64,000 nucleotides of DNA from Laetmonice hystrix (taxonomy: Eukaryota), in contig OZ249440.1 in NCBI GenBank assembly GCA_965235115.1, forward strand, positions 34,412,001 to 34,476,000, in the 5' to 3' direction. Positions within the stretch are counted from its first letter, which is position 1, and each line of letters opens with the position of its first letter. Shown here one piece after another: positions 61,960 through 64,000 of the stretch. The position numbers were made by a program, and so were the translations under genes. Under the pieces are notes generated by a model. That model did not search any database, was not told where the DNA came from, and worked only from the letters and a program-made list of their open reading frames with translations.

Positions 61960-62182
61960 AAATACCTCACATGTTGCGGACCACCCAAGCACATGTAGGC
62001 CTACTTCAGAAAATAATGTTCTTCATTCCACTTATGTTGCAGACCACTCTTATTGCCGCCACCCATGCACATACGCCTACTTCAGAAAATAACGTTCTTC
62101 ATTCCACTGATGTTGCGTAACACTCTTATTGCCAAGCGCATGTAGGCCTACTTCAGAAAATAATGCTCTTCATTCCACTGCG
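61960..62182. repeat. Degenerate 70-80-bp tandem repeat x3
   Basis: gcctacttcagaaaataa.g.tcttcattccact recurs at about 62000, 62076, 62146. Confidence 0.85.
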
Positions 62183-62433
62183 GCAGACAGCTCAAAATCA
62201 AATTTTTTTCATGATGAACATTAAACAGAAACCATCTGCGAAAAACTCCTTATGAGCCACCTGTGCCCAATGAGAATGTCATACAAAGAAATATGAGAAA
62301 ACACACAGAGAATTAGGTCTAGAGGTAATACAAGAACTATCCCAGTGAATGTTGGCAACCACCCTCAGAAAGATGACACTGAAAATTTCTCTTCTGAGGC
62401 AAAGAAAGCCATACGTAAATTTGAACCCAGCAA

Positions 62434-63232
62434 ATGTCGTACTCCTTTGGGTATTACCACGTTTGTAAAGAAGGTAGGTTGAATTTAAGGACTGTTAACA
62501 ACCTGTGTGCAAGATGTAGAAATGATAAATCAAACATCAAAATGTTTTTCAGCGAATATCACATGGATCCTGGTTCAGTTCCTTCTGAACTGGACGGTCT
62601 TACTATAGTTGAACAGCAACTGATGGCATCGTCCACCGTCCATCAATGTTCATTTGTTAAAACATCAAGTGGTGACTGTGTTACATTTCCACAAGGGGTT
62701 AACCGAGCCAGCACATATATTTCCTAAATTGCAAGGAGGCAAACATTCTTAGACTTCGTAGACAAGGTAGCAATGATTCAAGTAAAGAGTTAAAGGTTCG
62801 TCGCCATGTTGTTGAAAATGCTCTGGTTTGGTTAAAGACACACAATCCTGCATATAAAGATATTGTAATCTGTCAACGGTGACTGAACCAACTACCTGCA
62901 GAACTGCAAGATATACATACCATCAAATATACAGCAGAAACAGTCCATGTAAATGATAAGGGGCCGGCCCCGAAAAACTCTGTAATAATCCTGATGGGGA
63001 AACTACTTCAAGTGTTTTGCTACCAGAGCCAAATATTGACGTTCGGAAACAGGGAGCAGACATTGTTACAGAGGCAGTTGATGAAGCGAATCCCATTGGC
63101 AATGTACCAGTGAGTAAGAAAGGAATAATAACTATTCCTTGGCCAACTCGTGACAATGCTCCCCTGTCTGAATTTACCACTCGTAATTTCTTCACCTTAG
63201 CATTTCCCTGCCTGTTTCTGTATGGCTCAGGC
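62434..63232 (+). pseudogene. Helitron/Helentron Rep-helicase N-terminal region (DUF6570-like)
   Basis: CARC...MDPGSVPSELDGLTIVEQQL, VTFPQ, VRRHVVENALVWLKTHNPAYKDI, PLSEF...LAFPCLFLYG. Confidence 0.8.
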
Positions 63233-63239
63233 CCCCCAA

Positions 63240-63520
63240 CCGTCATTAATCCACATAACCATGGCATTATAGCGAGGCGTCGGAGGAGTAATCATTATTT
63301 TGTCAATGAAGGAAGGCCTAGAAGATTAACTGATCCATACAACCCAGTGGAAAAACTCACTGAAGACGAGTGTCATCGAAGGTATCGTCAAAATGGCCTA
63401 CAAACCATCATTATCTAACGCACTTCCTGGCGCCACTTATTGTCAGGGAAACAGACCATGGGCTCCCAGTGCCTCTTCTAGTCCAGATGTGTATCTTGTT
63501 GTGATTCCTCTCTACTGGTA
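63240..63520 (+). pseudogene. Harbinger transposase N-terminal exon remnant
   Basis: DPYNPVEKLTEDECHRRYR...PVPLLVQMCILL*FLSTG then gtaagt donor. Confidence 0.6.
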
Positions 63521-63648
63521 AGTACTTTTAAGTTAGTTTTTTTTCCAGGGATCCATAGAGTGGAACAAGACATCGCAGAGATCAATACAACCCTTGATTT
63601 CATTAATCAGCAGCTAGAGGATCTTAGGCTGAGGCTGGACTACAAGCT

Positions 63649-63730
63649 ACAGTGGAGTCCGGTTATAACGAAGTACTCGGGACTGCGGGAAAAATTCGCT
63701 ATATGCGGAATTTCGTTATAAGCGGGAGAC
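63649..63730. mobile_element. One end of a Tigger/pogo-like MITE
   Basis: ta-cagtggagtccggttataacgaa with internal ttcgttatagcgg. Confidence 0.5.
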
Positions 63731-64000
63731 GCCTTAATGTGTCAGTTGGCCACCAGGGGGCTCTTCCTACTAGATTTAGTCATGATGTCCGTAACTGCCG
63801 CTGGAGTGCTCTCTCGGTAGGCCTAAATCAATTATAGTGTTATAGACACCAATGCTATTATGCAGTACTTTAAATATCGTTTTGTACTATCATTATGAAT
63901 TACTGTCCCAGCTTTGGAGGGGTAGTTCCAAAACAGCCTCATAGTCTAAGAGTAGACTCTGATCTATGGGGAGGCACACCTGTAATTCCCACACCTGGAG

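Overview
Eukaryotic, most likely invertebrate metazoan, DNA that is almost entirely transposon-derived; I recognise no ordinary host gene. The dominant element is an I-group (Nimb-like) non-LTR retrotransposon (ORF1 with three CCHC knuckles; ORF2 with AP endonuclease, RT, RNase H and zinc finger; (TCAC)n tail), present as about 13 full, truncated or chimeric copies. Interleaved or nested with it are a CR1-group LINE, an L1/Tx1-type LINE, two related LTRs, an apparently intact intron-containing pogo transposon, remnants of long-spacer IS630/Tc1, Harbinger, two Crypton-type tyrosine recombinases, a Helitron and CxxH-type DDE transposases, and about 15 MITEs with readable TIRs and TSDs. Most notable: (i) a tandem-pseudoknot RNA motif starting at the first nucleotide of the LINE, with its first pseudoknot repeated in the 3' UTR (candidate ribozyme or cis-element); (ii) a decayed SGNH-hydrolase/NADAR fusion gene; (iii) an inversion revealed by a split TSD inside a Crypton gene; (iv) a TSD-less, hairpin-ended element carrying a tRNA-like cassette. 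All family assignments come from motif recognition by eye; no database search was run.
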